Shown here: one piece after another, positions 50,940 to 63,116 of the stretch
Layout: every line of letters begins with the position of its first letter
Position numbering within the stretch: position 1 is the first letter of the stretch
Assembly: GCF_009914755.1 (NCBI RefSeq)
Contig: NC_060931.1
Source of the DNA: the human T2T-CHM13v2.0 reference genome, Homo sapiens
DNA length: 64,000 bases
Strand: one strand, 5' to 3'
Notes under the pieces: model-generated
The model's database searches: none
What the model was told of the DNA's origin: nothing
Seen by the model: the letters and a program-made list of their open reading frames with translations, nothing else
Translations under genes and position numbers: made by a program

Positions 50940-53900
50940 GTGGCATTTTCAGGTGGAGATTTCAAGCGATTTGAGGACAATTGCAGAAAAGGAAATATCT
51001 TCGTATAATAACCAGACAGAATCATTCTCAGAAAGTGCTTTGTGATGTGTGCGTTCAACTCACAGAGTTTAACCTTTCTTTTCATAGAGGAGTTTGGAAA
51101 CACACTGTTTGTAAAGTCTGCAACTGGATATATGGACCTGTTTGAGGCCTTCGTTGGAAACGGGATTTCTTCATTGAATGCTAGACGGAAGGATTCTCAG
51201 TAAATTCTTTGTGTTGTGTGCATTCAACTCACAGAGTGGAACGTCCCTTTAGACAGAGCAGATTTGAAACACTCTTTTTGCGGAATTTGCAAGTGGAGAT
51301 TTCTAGCCATTTGATGCCAACAGTAGAAAGGGAAATATCTTCAAATAAAAACCAGACAGAATCATTCTCAGAAAATTCTTTGTGATGTGTGCGTTCAACT
51401 CACATAGTTTAACCTTTCTTTTCATAGAGCAGTTTGGAAACACTCTGTTTGTAAAGTCTGCAAGTGGATATATGGACCGCATTGAGGCCTTCGTTGGAAA
51501 CGGGATTTCTTCATTTCATACTAGACAGAAGAATTCTCAGTAACTTCTTTGTGCTGTGTGTATTCAACTCACAGAGTGGAACGTCCCTTTGCACAGAGCA
51601 GATTTGAAACACTCTTTTTGTTGAGTTTGCAAGTGGAGATTTCAAGCGATTTGATGCCAACAGTAGAAAAGGAAATATCTTCAAATAAAAACTAGACAGA
51701 ATCATTCTCAGAAACTACTTTGTGATGTGTGCCTTTAACTCACAGAGTTTAACCTTTCTTTTCTTAGAGCAGTTTAGAAACACTCTGCTTGTTATGTCTG
51801 CAAGTGGATATTTGGACCTCTTTGAGGCCTTCGTTGCAAACGGGGTTTCTTCCTTTAATGCTAGACTAAGAAGAGTTCTCAGTAACTTTTTTGTGTTGTG
51901 TGTATTCAACTCACAGAGTTGAACCTTGCTTTAGAGAGAGCAGATTTGAAACACTCTTGCTGTGGCATTTTCAGGTGGAGATTTCAAGCGATTTGAGGAC
52001 AATTGCAGAAAAGGAAATATCTTCGTATAATAACCAGACAGAGTCATTCTCAGAAAGTGCTTTGTGATGTGTGCGTTCAACTCACAGAGTTTAACCTTTC
52101 TTTTCATAGAGGAGTTTGGAAACACACTGTTTGTAAAGTCTGCAATTGGATATATGGACCTGTTTGAGGTCTCCGTTGGAAACGGGATTTCTTCATTGAA
52201 TGCTAGACGGAAGAATTCTCAGTAAATTCTTTGTGTTGTGTGCATTCAACTCACAGAGTGGAACGTCCCTTTAGACAGAGCAGATTTGAAACACTCTTTT
52301 TGCGGAATTTGCAAGTGGAGATTTCTAGCCATTTGATGCCAACAGTAGAAAGGGAAATATCTTCAAATAAAAACCAGACAGAATCATTCTCAGAAAATTC
52401 TTTGTGATGTGTGCGTTCAACTCACATAGTTTAACCTTTCTTTTCATAGAGCAGTTTGGAAACACTCTGTTTGTAAAGTCTGCAAGTGGATATATGGACC
52501 GCATTGAGGCCTTCGTTGGAAACGGGATTTCTTCATTTCATGCTAGACAGAAGAATTCTCAGTAACTTCTTTGTGCTGTGTGTATTCAACTCACAGAGTG
52601 GAACGTCCCTTTGCACAGAGCAGATTTGAAACACTCTTTTTGTGGAGTTTGCAAGTGGAGATTTCAAGCGATTTGATGCCAACAGTAGAAAAGGAAGTAT
52701 CTTCAAATAAAAACTAGACAGAATCATTCTCAGAAACTACTTTGTGATGTGTGCCTTCAACTCACCGAGTTTAACCTTTCTTTTCTGAGAGCAGCTTAGA
52801 AACACTCTGCTTGTTATGTCTGCAAGTTGATATTTGGACCTCTTTGAGGCCTTCGTTGCAAACGGGGTTTCTTCCTTTAATGCTAGACTAAGAAGAGTTC
52901 TCAGTAACTTTTTTGTGTTGTGTGTATTCAACTCACAGAGTTGAACCTTGCTTTAGAGAGAGCAGATTTGAAACACTCTTGCTGTGGCATTTTCAGGTGG
53001 AGATTTCAAGCGATTTGAGGACAATTGCAGAAAAGGAAATATCTTCGTATAATAACCAGACAGAATCATTCTCAGAAAGTGCTTTGTGATGTGTGCGTTC
53101 AACTCACAGAGTTTAACCTTTCTTTTCATAGAGGAGTTTGGAAACACACTGTTTGTAATGTCTGCAATTGGATATATGGACCTGTTTGAGGCCTTCGTTG
53201 GAAACGGGATTTCTTCATTGAATGCTAGACGGAAGGATTCTCAGTAAATTCTTTGTGTTGTGTGCATTCAACTCACAGAGTGGAACGTCCCTTTAGACAG
53301 AGCAGATTTGAAACACTCTTTTTGCGGAATTTGCAAGTGGAGATTTCTAGCCATTTGATGCCAACAGTAGAAAGGGAAATATCTTCAAATAAAAACCAGA
53401 CAGAATCATTCTCAGAAAATTGTTTGTGATGTGTGCGTTCAACTCACATAGTTTAACCTTTCTTTTCATAGAGCAGTTTGGAAACACTCTGTTTGTAAAG
53501 TCTGCAAGTGGATATATGGACCGCATTGAGGCCTTCGTTGGAAACGGGATTTCTTCATTTCATACTAGACAGAAGAATTCTCAGTAACTTCTTTGTGCTG
53601 TGTGTATTCAACTCACAGAGTGGAACGTCCCTTTGCACAGAGCAGATTTGAAACACTCTTTTTGTGGAGTTTGCAAGTGGAGATTTCAAGCGATTTGATG
53701 CCAACAGTAGAAAAGGAAATATCTTCAAATAAAAACTAGACAGAATCATTCTCAGAAACTACTTTGTGATGTGTTCCTTTAACTCACAGAGTTTAACCTT
53801 TCTTTTCTTAGAGCAGTTTAGAAACACTCTGCTTGTTATGTCTGCAAGTGGATATTTGGACCTCTTTGAGGCCTTCGTTGCAAACGGGGTTTCTTCCTTT

Positions 53901-54940
53901 AATGCTAGACTAAGAAGAGTTCTCAGTAACTTTTTTGTGTTGTGTGTATTCAACTCACAGAGTTGAACCTTGCTTTAGAGAGAGCAGATTTGAAACACTC
54001 TTGCTGTGGCATTTTCAGGTGGAGATTTCAAGCGATTTGAGGACAATTGCAGAAAAGGAAATATCTTCGTATAATAACCAGACAGAGTCATTCTCAGAAA
54101 GTGCTTTGTGATGTGTGCGTTCAACTCACAGAGTTTAACCTTTCTTTTCATAGAGGCGTTTGGAAACACACTGTTTGTAAAGTCTGCAATTGGATATATG
54201 GACCTGTTTGAGGTCTCCGTTGGAAACGGGATTTCTTCATTGAATGCTAGACGGAAGAATTCTCAGTAAATTCTTTGTGTTGTGTGCATTCAACTCACAG
54301 AGTGGAACGTCCCTTTAGACAGAGCAGATTTGAAACACTCTTTTTGCGGAATTTGCAAGTGGAGATTTCTAGCCATTTGATGCCAACAGTAGAAAGGGAA
54401 ATATCTTCAAATAAAAACCAGACAGAATCATTCTCAGAAAATTCTTTGTGATGTGTGCGTTCAACTCACATAGTTTAACCTTTCTTTTCATAGAGCAGTT
54501 TGGAAACACTCTGTTTGTAAAGTCTGCAAGTGGATATATGGACCGCATTGAGGCCTTCGTTGGAAACGGGATTTCTTCATTTCATGCTAGACAGAAGAAT
54601 TCTCAGTAACTTCTTTGTGCTGTGTGTATTCAACTCACAGAGTGGAACGTCCCTTTGCACAGAGCAGATTTGAAACACTCTTTTTGTGGAGTTTGCAAGT
54701 GGAGATTTCAAGCGATTTGATGCCAACAGTAGAAAAGGAAGTATCTTCAAATAAAAACTAGACAGAATCATTCTCAGAAACTACTTTGTGATGTGTGCCT
54801 TCAACTCACAGAGTTTAACCTTTCTTTTCTTAGAGCAGCTTAGAAACACTCTGCTTGTTATGTCTGCAAGTTGATATTTGGACCTCTTTGAGGCCTTCGT
54901 TGCAAACGGGGTTTCTTCCTTTAATGCTAGACTAAGAAGA
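50940..54940 (+). repeat. Tandem duplication, ~2 x 2044 bp (2 HORs each)
   Basis: ggaaggattc ~51191/53235, catacta 51520/53564, gagtcattc 52043/54087, gaggtctcc 52170/54214, ggaagtat 52697/54741. Confidence 0.85.
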
Positions 54941-55620
54941 GTTCTCAGCAACTTTTTTGTGTTGTGTGTATTCAACTCAAAGAGTTGAACCTTGCTTTAG
55001 AGAGAGCAGATTTGAAACACTCTTGCTGTGGAATTTTCAGGTGGAGATTTCAAGCGATTTGAGGACAATTGCAGAAAAAGAAATATCTTCGTATAATAAC
55101 CAGACAGAATCATTCTCAGAAAGTGCTTTGTGATGTGTGCGTTCAACTCACAGAGTTTAACCTTTCTTTTCATAGAGGAGCTTGGAAACACACTGTTTGT
55201 AAAGTCTGCAATTGGATATATGGACCTGTTTGAGGCCTCCGTTGGAAACGGGATTTCTTCATTGAATGCTAGACGGAAGAATTCTCAGTAAATTCTTTGT
55301 GTTGTGTGCATTGAACTCACAGAGTGGAACGTCCCTTTACACAGAGCAGATTTGAAACACTCTTTTTGCGGAATTTGCAAGTGGAGATTTCTAGCCATTT
55401 GATGCCAACAGTAGAAAGGGAAATATCTTCAAATAAAAACCAGACAGAATCATTCTCAGAAAATTCTTTGTGATGTGTGCCTTCAACTCACAGAGTTTAA
55501 CCTTTCTTTTCTTAGAGCAGTTTAGAAACACTCTGCTTGTTATGTCTGCAAGTGGATATTTGTACCTCTTTGAGGCCTTCGTTGCAAACGGGGTTTTTTC
55601 CTTTAATGCTAGACTAAGAA
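54939..55620 (+). repeat. 4-mer HOR variant type 1
   Basis: 682 bp spacing (54997 to 55679); junction at 55466-55480. Confidence 0.92.
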
Positions 55621-58600
55621 GAGTTCTCAGTAACTTTTTTGTGTTGTGTGTATTCAACTCACAGAGTTGAACCTTGCTTTAGAGAGAGCAGATTTGAAAC
55701 ACTCTTGCTGTGGCATTTTCAGGTGGAGATTTCAAGCGATTTGAGGACAATTGCAGAAAAGGAAATATCTTCGTATAATAACCAGACAGAATCATTCTCA
55801 GAAAGTGCTTTGTGATGTGTGCGTTCAACTCACAGAGTTTAACCTTTCTTTTCATAGAGGAGTTTGGAAACACACTGTTTGTAAAGTCTGCAATTGGATA
55901 TATGGACCTGTTTGAGGCCTTCGTTGGAAACGGGATTTCTTCATTGAATGCTAGACGGAAGAATTCTCAGTAAATTCTTTGTGTTGTGTGCATTCAACTC
56001 ACAGAGTGGAACGTCCCTTTAGACAGAGCAGATTTGAAACACTCTTTTTGCGGAATTTGCAAGTGGAGATTTCTAGCCATTTGATGCCAACAGTAGAAAG
56101 GGAAATATCTTCAAATAAAAACCAGACAGAATCATTCTCAGAAAATTCTTTGTGATGTGTGCGTTCAACTCACATAGTTTAACCTTTCTTTTCATAGAGC
56201 AGTTTGGAAACACTCTGTTTGTAAAGTCTGCAAGTGGATCTATGGACCGCATTGAGGCCTTCGTTGGAAACGGGATTTCTTCATTTCATGCTAGACAGAA
56301 GAATTCTCAGTAACTTCTTTGTGCTGTGTGTATTCAACTCACAGAGTGGAACGTCCCTTTACACAGAGCAGATTTGAAACACTCGTTTTGTGGAGTTTGC
56401 AAGTGGAGATTTCAAGCGATTTGATGCCAACAGTAGAAAAGGAAGTATCTTCAAATAAAAACTAGACAGAATCATTCTCAGAAACTACTTTGTGATGTGT
56501 GCCTTCAACTCACAGAGTTTAACCTTTCTTTTCTTTGAGCAGCTTAGAAACACTCTGCTTGTTATGTCTGCAAGTTGATATTTGGACCTCTTTGAGGCCT
56601 TCATTGCAAACGGGGTTTCTTCCTTTAATGCTAGACTAAGAAGAGTTCTCAGTAACTTTTTTGTGTTGTGTGTATTCAACTCACAGAGTTGAACCTTGCT
56701 TTAGAGAGAGCAGATTTGAAACACTCTTGCTGTGGCATTTTCAGGTGGAGATTTCAAGCGATTTGAGGACAATTGCAGAAAAGGAAATATCTTCGTATAA
56801 TAACCAGACAGAATCATTCTCAGAAAGTGCTTTGTGATGTGTGCGTTCAACTCACAGAGTTTAACCTTTCTTTTCATAGAGGAGTTTGGAAACACACTGT
56901 TTGTAAAGTCTGCAATTGGATATATGGACCTGTTTGAGGCCTTCGTTTGAAACGGGATTTCTTCATTGAATGCTAGACGGAAGAATTCTCAGTAAATTCT
57001 TTGTGTTGTCTGCATTCAAATCACAGAGTGGAACGTCCCTTTAGACAGAGCAGATTTGAAACACTCTTTTTGCGGAATTTGCAAGTGGAGATTTCTAGCC
57101 ATTTGATGCCAACAGTAGAAAGGGAAATATCTTCAAATAAAAACCAGACAGAATCATTCTCAGAAAATTCTTTGTGATGTGTGCGTTCAACTCACATAGT
57201 TTAACCTTTCTTTTCATAGAGCAGTTTGGAAACACTCTGTTTGTAAAGTCTGCAAGTGGATATATGGACCGCATTGAGGCCTTCGTTGGAAACGGGATTT
57301 CTTCATTTCATGCTAGACAGAAGAATTCTCAGTAACTTCTTTGTGCTGTGTGTATTCAACTCACAGAGTGGAACGTCCCTTTACACAGAGCAGATTTGAA
57401 ACACTCTTTTTGTGCAGTTTGCAAGTGGAGATTTCAAGCGATTTGATGCCAACAGTAGAAAAGGAAATATCTTCAAATAAAAACTAGACAGAATCATTCT
57501 CAGAAACTACTTTGTGATGTGTGCCTTTAACTCACAGAGTTTAACCTTTCTTTTCTTAGAGCAGTTTAGAAACACTCTGCTTGTTATGTCTGCAAGTGGA
57601 TATTTGGACCTCTTTGAGGCCTTCGTTGCAAACGGGGTTTCTTCCTTTAATGCTAGACTAAGAAGAGTTCTCAGTAACTTTTTTGTGTTTTGTGTATTCA
57701 ACTCACAGAGTTGAACCTTGCTTTAGAGAGAGCAGATTTGAAACACTCTTGCTGTGGCATTTTCAGGTGGAGATTTCAAGCGATTTGAGGACAATTGCAG
57801 AAAAGGAAATATCTTCGTATAATAACCAGACAGAATCATTCTCAGAAAGTGCTTTGTGATGTGTGCGTTCAACTCACAGAGTTTAACCTTTCTTTTCATA
57901 GAGGAGTTTGGAAACACACTGTTTGTAAAGTCTGCAATTGGATATATGGACCTGTTTGAGGCCTCCGTTGGAAACGGGACTTCTTCATTGAATGCTAGAC
58001 GGAAGAATTCTCAGTAAATTCTTTGTGTTGTGTGCATTCAACTCAGAGAGTGGAACGTCCCTTTAGACAGAGCAGATTTGAAACACTCTTTTTGCGGAAT
58101 TTGCAAGTGGAGATTTCTAGCCATTTGATGCCAACAGTAGAAAGGGAAATATCTTCAAATAAAAACCAGACAGAATCATTCTCAGAAAATTCTTTGTGAT
58201 GTGTGCGTTCAACTCACATAGTTTAACCTTTCTTTTCATAGAGCAGTTTGGAAACACTCTGTTTGTAAAGTCTGCAAGTGGATATATGGACCGCATTGAG
58301 GCCTTCGTTGGAAACGGGATTTCTTCATTTCATGCTAGACAGAAGAATTCTCAGTAACTTCTTTGTGCTGTGTGTATTCAACTCACAGAGTGGAACGTCC
58401 CTTTGCACAGAGCAGATTTGAAACACTCTTTTTGTGGAGTTTGCAAGTGGAGATTTCAAGCGATTTGATGCCAACAGTAGAAAAGGAAATATCTTCAAAT
58501 AAAAACTAGACAGAATCATTCTCAGGAACTACTTTGTGATGTGTGCCTTCAACTCACAGAGTTTAACCTTTATTTTCTTAGAGCAGTTTAGAAACACTCT

Positions 58601-59708
58601 GCTTGTTATGTCTGCAAGTGGATATTTGGACCTCTTTGAGGCCTTCGTTGCAAACGGGGTTTCTTCCTTTAATGCTAGACTAAGAAGAGTTCTCAGTAAC
58701 TTTTTTGTGTTGTGTGTATTCAACTCACAGAGTTGAACCTTGCTTTAGAGAGAGCAGATTTGAAACACTCTTGCTGTGGAATTTTCAGGTGGAGATTTCA
58801 AGCGATTTGAGGACAATTGCAGAAAAGGAAATATCTTCGTATAATAACCAGACAGAATCATTCTCAGAAAGTGCTTTGTGATGTGTGCGTTCAACTCACA
58901 GAGTTTAACCTTTCGTTTCATAGAGGAGCTTGGAAACACACTGTTTGTAAAGTCTGCAATTGGATATATGGACCTGTTTGAGGCCTCCGTTGGAAACGGG
59001 ATTTCTTCATTGAATGCTAGACGGAAGAATTCTCAGTAAATTCTTTGTGTTGTGTGCATTGAACTCACAGAGTGGAACGTCCCTTTAGACAGAGCAGATT
59101 TGAAACACTCTTTTTGCGGAATTTGCAAGTGGAGATTTCTAGCCATTTGATGCCAACAGTAGAAAGGGAAATATCTTCAAATAAAAACCAGACAGAATCA
59201 TTCTCAGAAAATTCTTTGTGATGTGTGCGTTCAACTCACATAGTTTAACCTTTCTTTTCATAGAGCAGTTTGGAAACACTCTGTTTGTAAAGTCTGCAAG
59301 TGGATATATGGACCGCATTGAGGCCTTCGTTGGAAACGGGATTTCTTCATTTCATGCTAGACAGAAGAATTCTCAGTAACTTCTTTGTGCTGTGTGTATT
59401 CAACTCACAGAGTGGAACGTCCCTTTGCACAGAGCAGATTTGAAACACTCTTTTTGTGGAGTTTGCAAGTGGAGATTTCAAGCGATTTGATGCCAACAGT
59501 AGAAAAGGAAGTATCTTCAAATAAAAACTAGACAGAATCATTCTCAGAAACTACTTTGTGATGTGTGCCTTCAACTCACCGAGTTTAACCTTTCTTTTCT
59601 CAGAGCATCTTAGAAACACTCTGCTTGTTATGTCTGCAAGTTGATATTTGGACCTCTTTGAGGCCTTCGTTGCAAACGGGGTTTCTTCCTTTAATGCTAG
59701 ACTAAGAA

Positions 59709-60390
59709 GAGTTCTCAGTAACTTTTTTGTGTTGTGTGTATTCAACTCACAGAGTTGAACCTTGCTTTAGAGAGAGCAGATTTGAAACACTCTTGCTGTG
59801 GCATTTTCAGGTGGAGATTTCAAGCGATTTGAGGACAATTGCAGAAAAGGAAATATCTTCGTATAATAACCAGACAGAATCATTCTCAGAAAGTGCTTTG
59901 TGATGTGTGCGTTCAACTCACAGAGTTTAACCTTTCTTTTCATAGAGGAGCTTGGAAACACACTGTTTGTAAAGTCTGCAATTGGATATATGGACCTGTT
60001 TGAGGCCTCCGTTGGAAACGGGATTTCTTCATTGAATGCTAGACGGAAGAATTCTCAGTAAATTCTTTGTGTTGTGTGCATTGAACTCACAGAGTGGAAC
60101 GTCCCTTTACACAGAGCAGATTTGAAACACTCTTTTTGCGGAATTTGCAAGTGGAGATTTCTAGCCATTTGATGCCAACAGTAGAAAGGGAAATATCTTC
60201 AAATAAAAACCAGACAGAATCATTCTCAGAAAATTCTTTGTGATGTGTGCCTTCAACTCACAGAGTTTAACCTTTCTTTTCTTAGAGCAGTTTAGAAACA
60301 CTCTGCTTGTTATGTCTGCAAGTGGATATTTGTACCTCTTTGAGGCCTTCGTTGCAAACGGGGTTTTTTCCTTTAATGCTAGACTAAGAA
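59709..60390 (+). repeat. 4-mer HOR variant type 1
   Basis: 682 bp spacing (59767 to 60449); junction at 60236-60250. Confidence 0.92.
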
Positions 60391-62434
60391 GAGTTCTCAG
60401 TAACTTTTTTGTGTTGTGTGTATTCAACTCACAGAGTTGAACCTTGCTTTAGAGAGAGCAGATTTGAAACACTCTTGCTGTGGCATTTTCAGGTGGAGAT
60501 TTCAAGCGATTTGAGGACAATTGCAGAAAAGGAAATATCTTCGTATAATAACCAGACAGAATCATTCTCAGAAAGTGCTTTGTGATGTGTGCGTTCAACT
60601 CACAGAGTTTAACCTTTCTTTTCATAGAGGAGTTTGGAAACACACTGTTTGTAAAGTCTGCAATTGGATATATGGACCTGTTTGAGGCCTTCGTTGGAAA
60701 CGGGATTTCTTCATTGAATGCTAGACGGAAGAATTCTCAGTAAATTCTTTGTGTTGTGTGCATTCAACTCACAGAGTGGAACGTCCCTTTAGACAGAGCA
60801 GATTTGAAACACTCTTTTTGCGGAATTTGCAAGTGGAGATTTCTAGCCATTTGATGCCAACAGTAGAAAGGGAAATATCTTCAAATAAAAACCAGACAGA
60901 ATCATTCTCAGAAAATTCTTTGTGATGTGTGCGTTCAACTCACAAAGTTTAACCTTTCTTTTCATAGAGCAGTTTGGAAACACTCTGTTTGTAAAGTCTG
61001 CAAGTGGATCTATGGACCGCATTGAGGCCTTCGTTGGAAACGGGATTTCTTCATTTCATGCTAGACAGAAGAATTCTCAGTAACTTCTTTGTGCTGTGTG
61101 TATTCAACTCACAGAGTGGAACGTCCCTTTACACAGAGCAGATTTGAAACACTCGTTTTGTGGAGTTTGCAAGTGGAGATTTCAAGCGATTTGATGCCAA
61201 CAGTAGAAAAGGAAGTATCTTCAAATAAAAACTAGACAGAATCATTCTCAGAAACTACTTTGTGATGTGTGCCTTCAACTCACAGAGTTTAACCTTTCTT
61301 TTCTTTGAGCAGCTTAGAAACACTCTGCTTGTTATGTCTGCAAGTTGATATTTGGACCTCTTTGAGGCCTTCATTGCAAACGGGGTTTCTTCCTTTAATG
61401 CTAGACTAAGAAGAGTTCTCAGTAACTTTTTTGTGTTGTGTGTATTCAACTCACAGAGTTGAACCTTGCTTTAGAGAGAGCAGATTTGAAACACTCTTGC
61501 TGTGGCATTTTCAGGTGGAGATTTCAAGCGATTTGAGGACAATTGCAGAAAAGGAAATATCTTCGTATAATAACCAGACAGAATCATTCTCAGAAAGTGC
61601 TTTGTGATGTGTGCGTTCAACTCACAGAGTTTAACCTTTCTTTTCATAGAGGAGTTTGGAAACACACTGTTTGTAAAGTCTGCAATTGGATATATGGACC
61701 TGTTTGAGGCCTTCGTTTGAAACGGGATTTCTTCATTGAATGCTAGACGGAAGAATTCTCAGTAAATTCTTTGTGTTGTCTGCATTCAACTCACAGAGTG
61801 GAACGTCCCTTTAGACAGAGCAGATTTGAAACACTCTTTTTGCGGAATTTGCAAGTGGAGATTTCTAGCCATTTGATGCCAACAGTAGAAAGGGAAATAT
61901 CTTCAAATAAAAACCAGACAGAATCATTCTCAGAAAATTCTTTGTGATGTGTGCGTTCAACTCACATAGTTTAACCTTTCTTTTCATAGAGCAGTTTGGA
62001 AACACTCTGTTTGTAAAGTCTGCAAGTGGATATATGGACCGCATTGAGGCCTTCGTTGGAAACGGGATTTCTTCATTTCATGCTAGACAGAAGAATTCTC
62101 AGTAACTTCTTTGTGCTGTGTGTATTCAACTCACAGAGTGGAACGTCCCTTTACACAGAGCAGATTTGAAACACTCTTTTTGTGCAGTTTGCAAGTGGAG
62201 ATTTCAAGCGATTTGATGCCAACAGTAGAAAAGGAAATATCTTCAAATAAAAACTAGACAGAATCATTCTCAGAAACTACTTTGTGATGTGTGCCTTTAA
62301 CTCACAGAGTTTAACCTTTCTTTTCTTAGAGCAGTTTAGAAACACTCTGCTTGTTATGTCTGCAAGTGGATATTTGGACCTCTTTGAGGCCTTCGTTGCA
62401 AACGGGGTTTCTTCCTTTAATGCTAGACTAAGAA

Positions 62435-63116
62435 GAGTTCTCAGTAACTTTTTTGTGTTTTGTGTATTCAACTCACAGAGTTGAACCTTGCTTTAGAGAG
62501 AGCAGATTTGAAACACTCTTGCTGTGGCATTTTCAGGTGGAGATTTCAAGCGATTTGAGGACAATTGCAGAAAAGGAAATATCTTCGTATAATAACCAGA
62601 CAGAATCATTCTCAGAAAGTGCTTTGTGATGTGTGCGTTCAACTCACAGAGTTTAAACTTTCTTTTCATAGAGGAGCTTGGAAACACACTGTTTGTAAAG
62701 TCTGCAATTGGATATATGGACCTGTTTGAGGCCTCCGTTGGAAACGGGATTTCTTCATTGAATGCTAGACGGAAGAATTCTCAGTAAATTCTTTGTGTTG
62801 TGTGCATTGAACTCACAGAGTGGAACGTCCCTTTACACAGAGCAGATTTGAAACACTCTTTTTGCGGAATTTGCAAGTGGAGATTTCTAGCCATTTGATG
62901 CCAACAGTAGAAAGGGAAATATCTTCAAATAAAAACCAGACAGAATCATTCTCAGAAAATTCTTTGTGATGTGTGCCTTCAACTCACAGAGTTTAACCTT
63001 TCTTTTCTTATAGCAGTTTAGAAACACTCTGCTTGTTATGTCTGCAAGTGGATATTTGTACCTCTTTGAGGCCTTCGTTGCAAACGGGGTTTTTTCCTTT
63101 AATGCTAGACTAAGAA
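62435..63116 (+). repeat. 4-mer HOR variant type 1
   Basis: 682 bp spacing (62493 to 63175); junction at 62962-62976. Confidence 0.92.
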
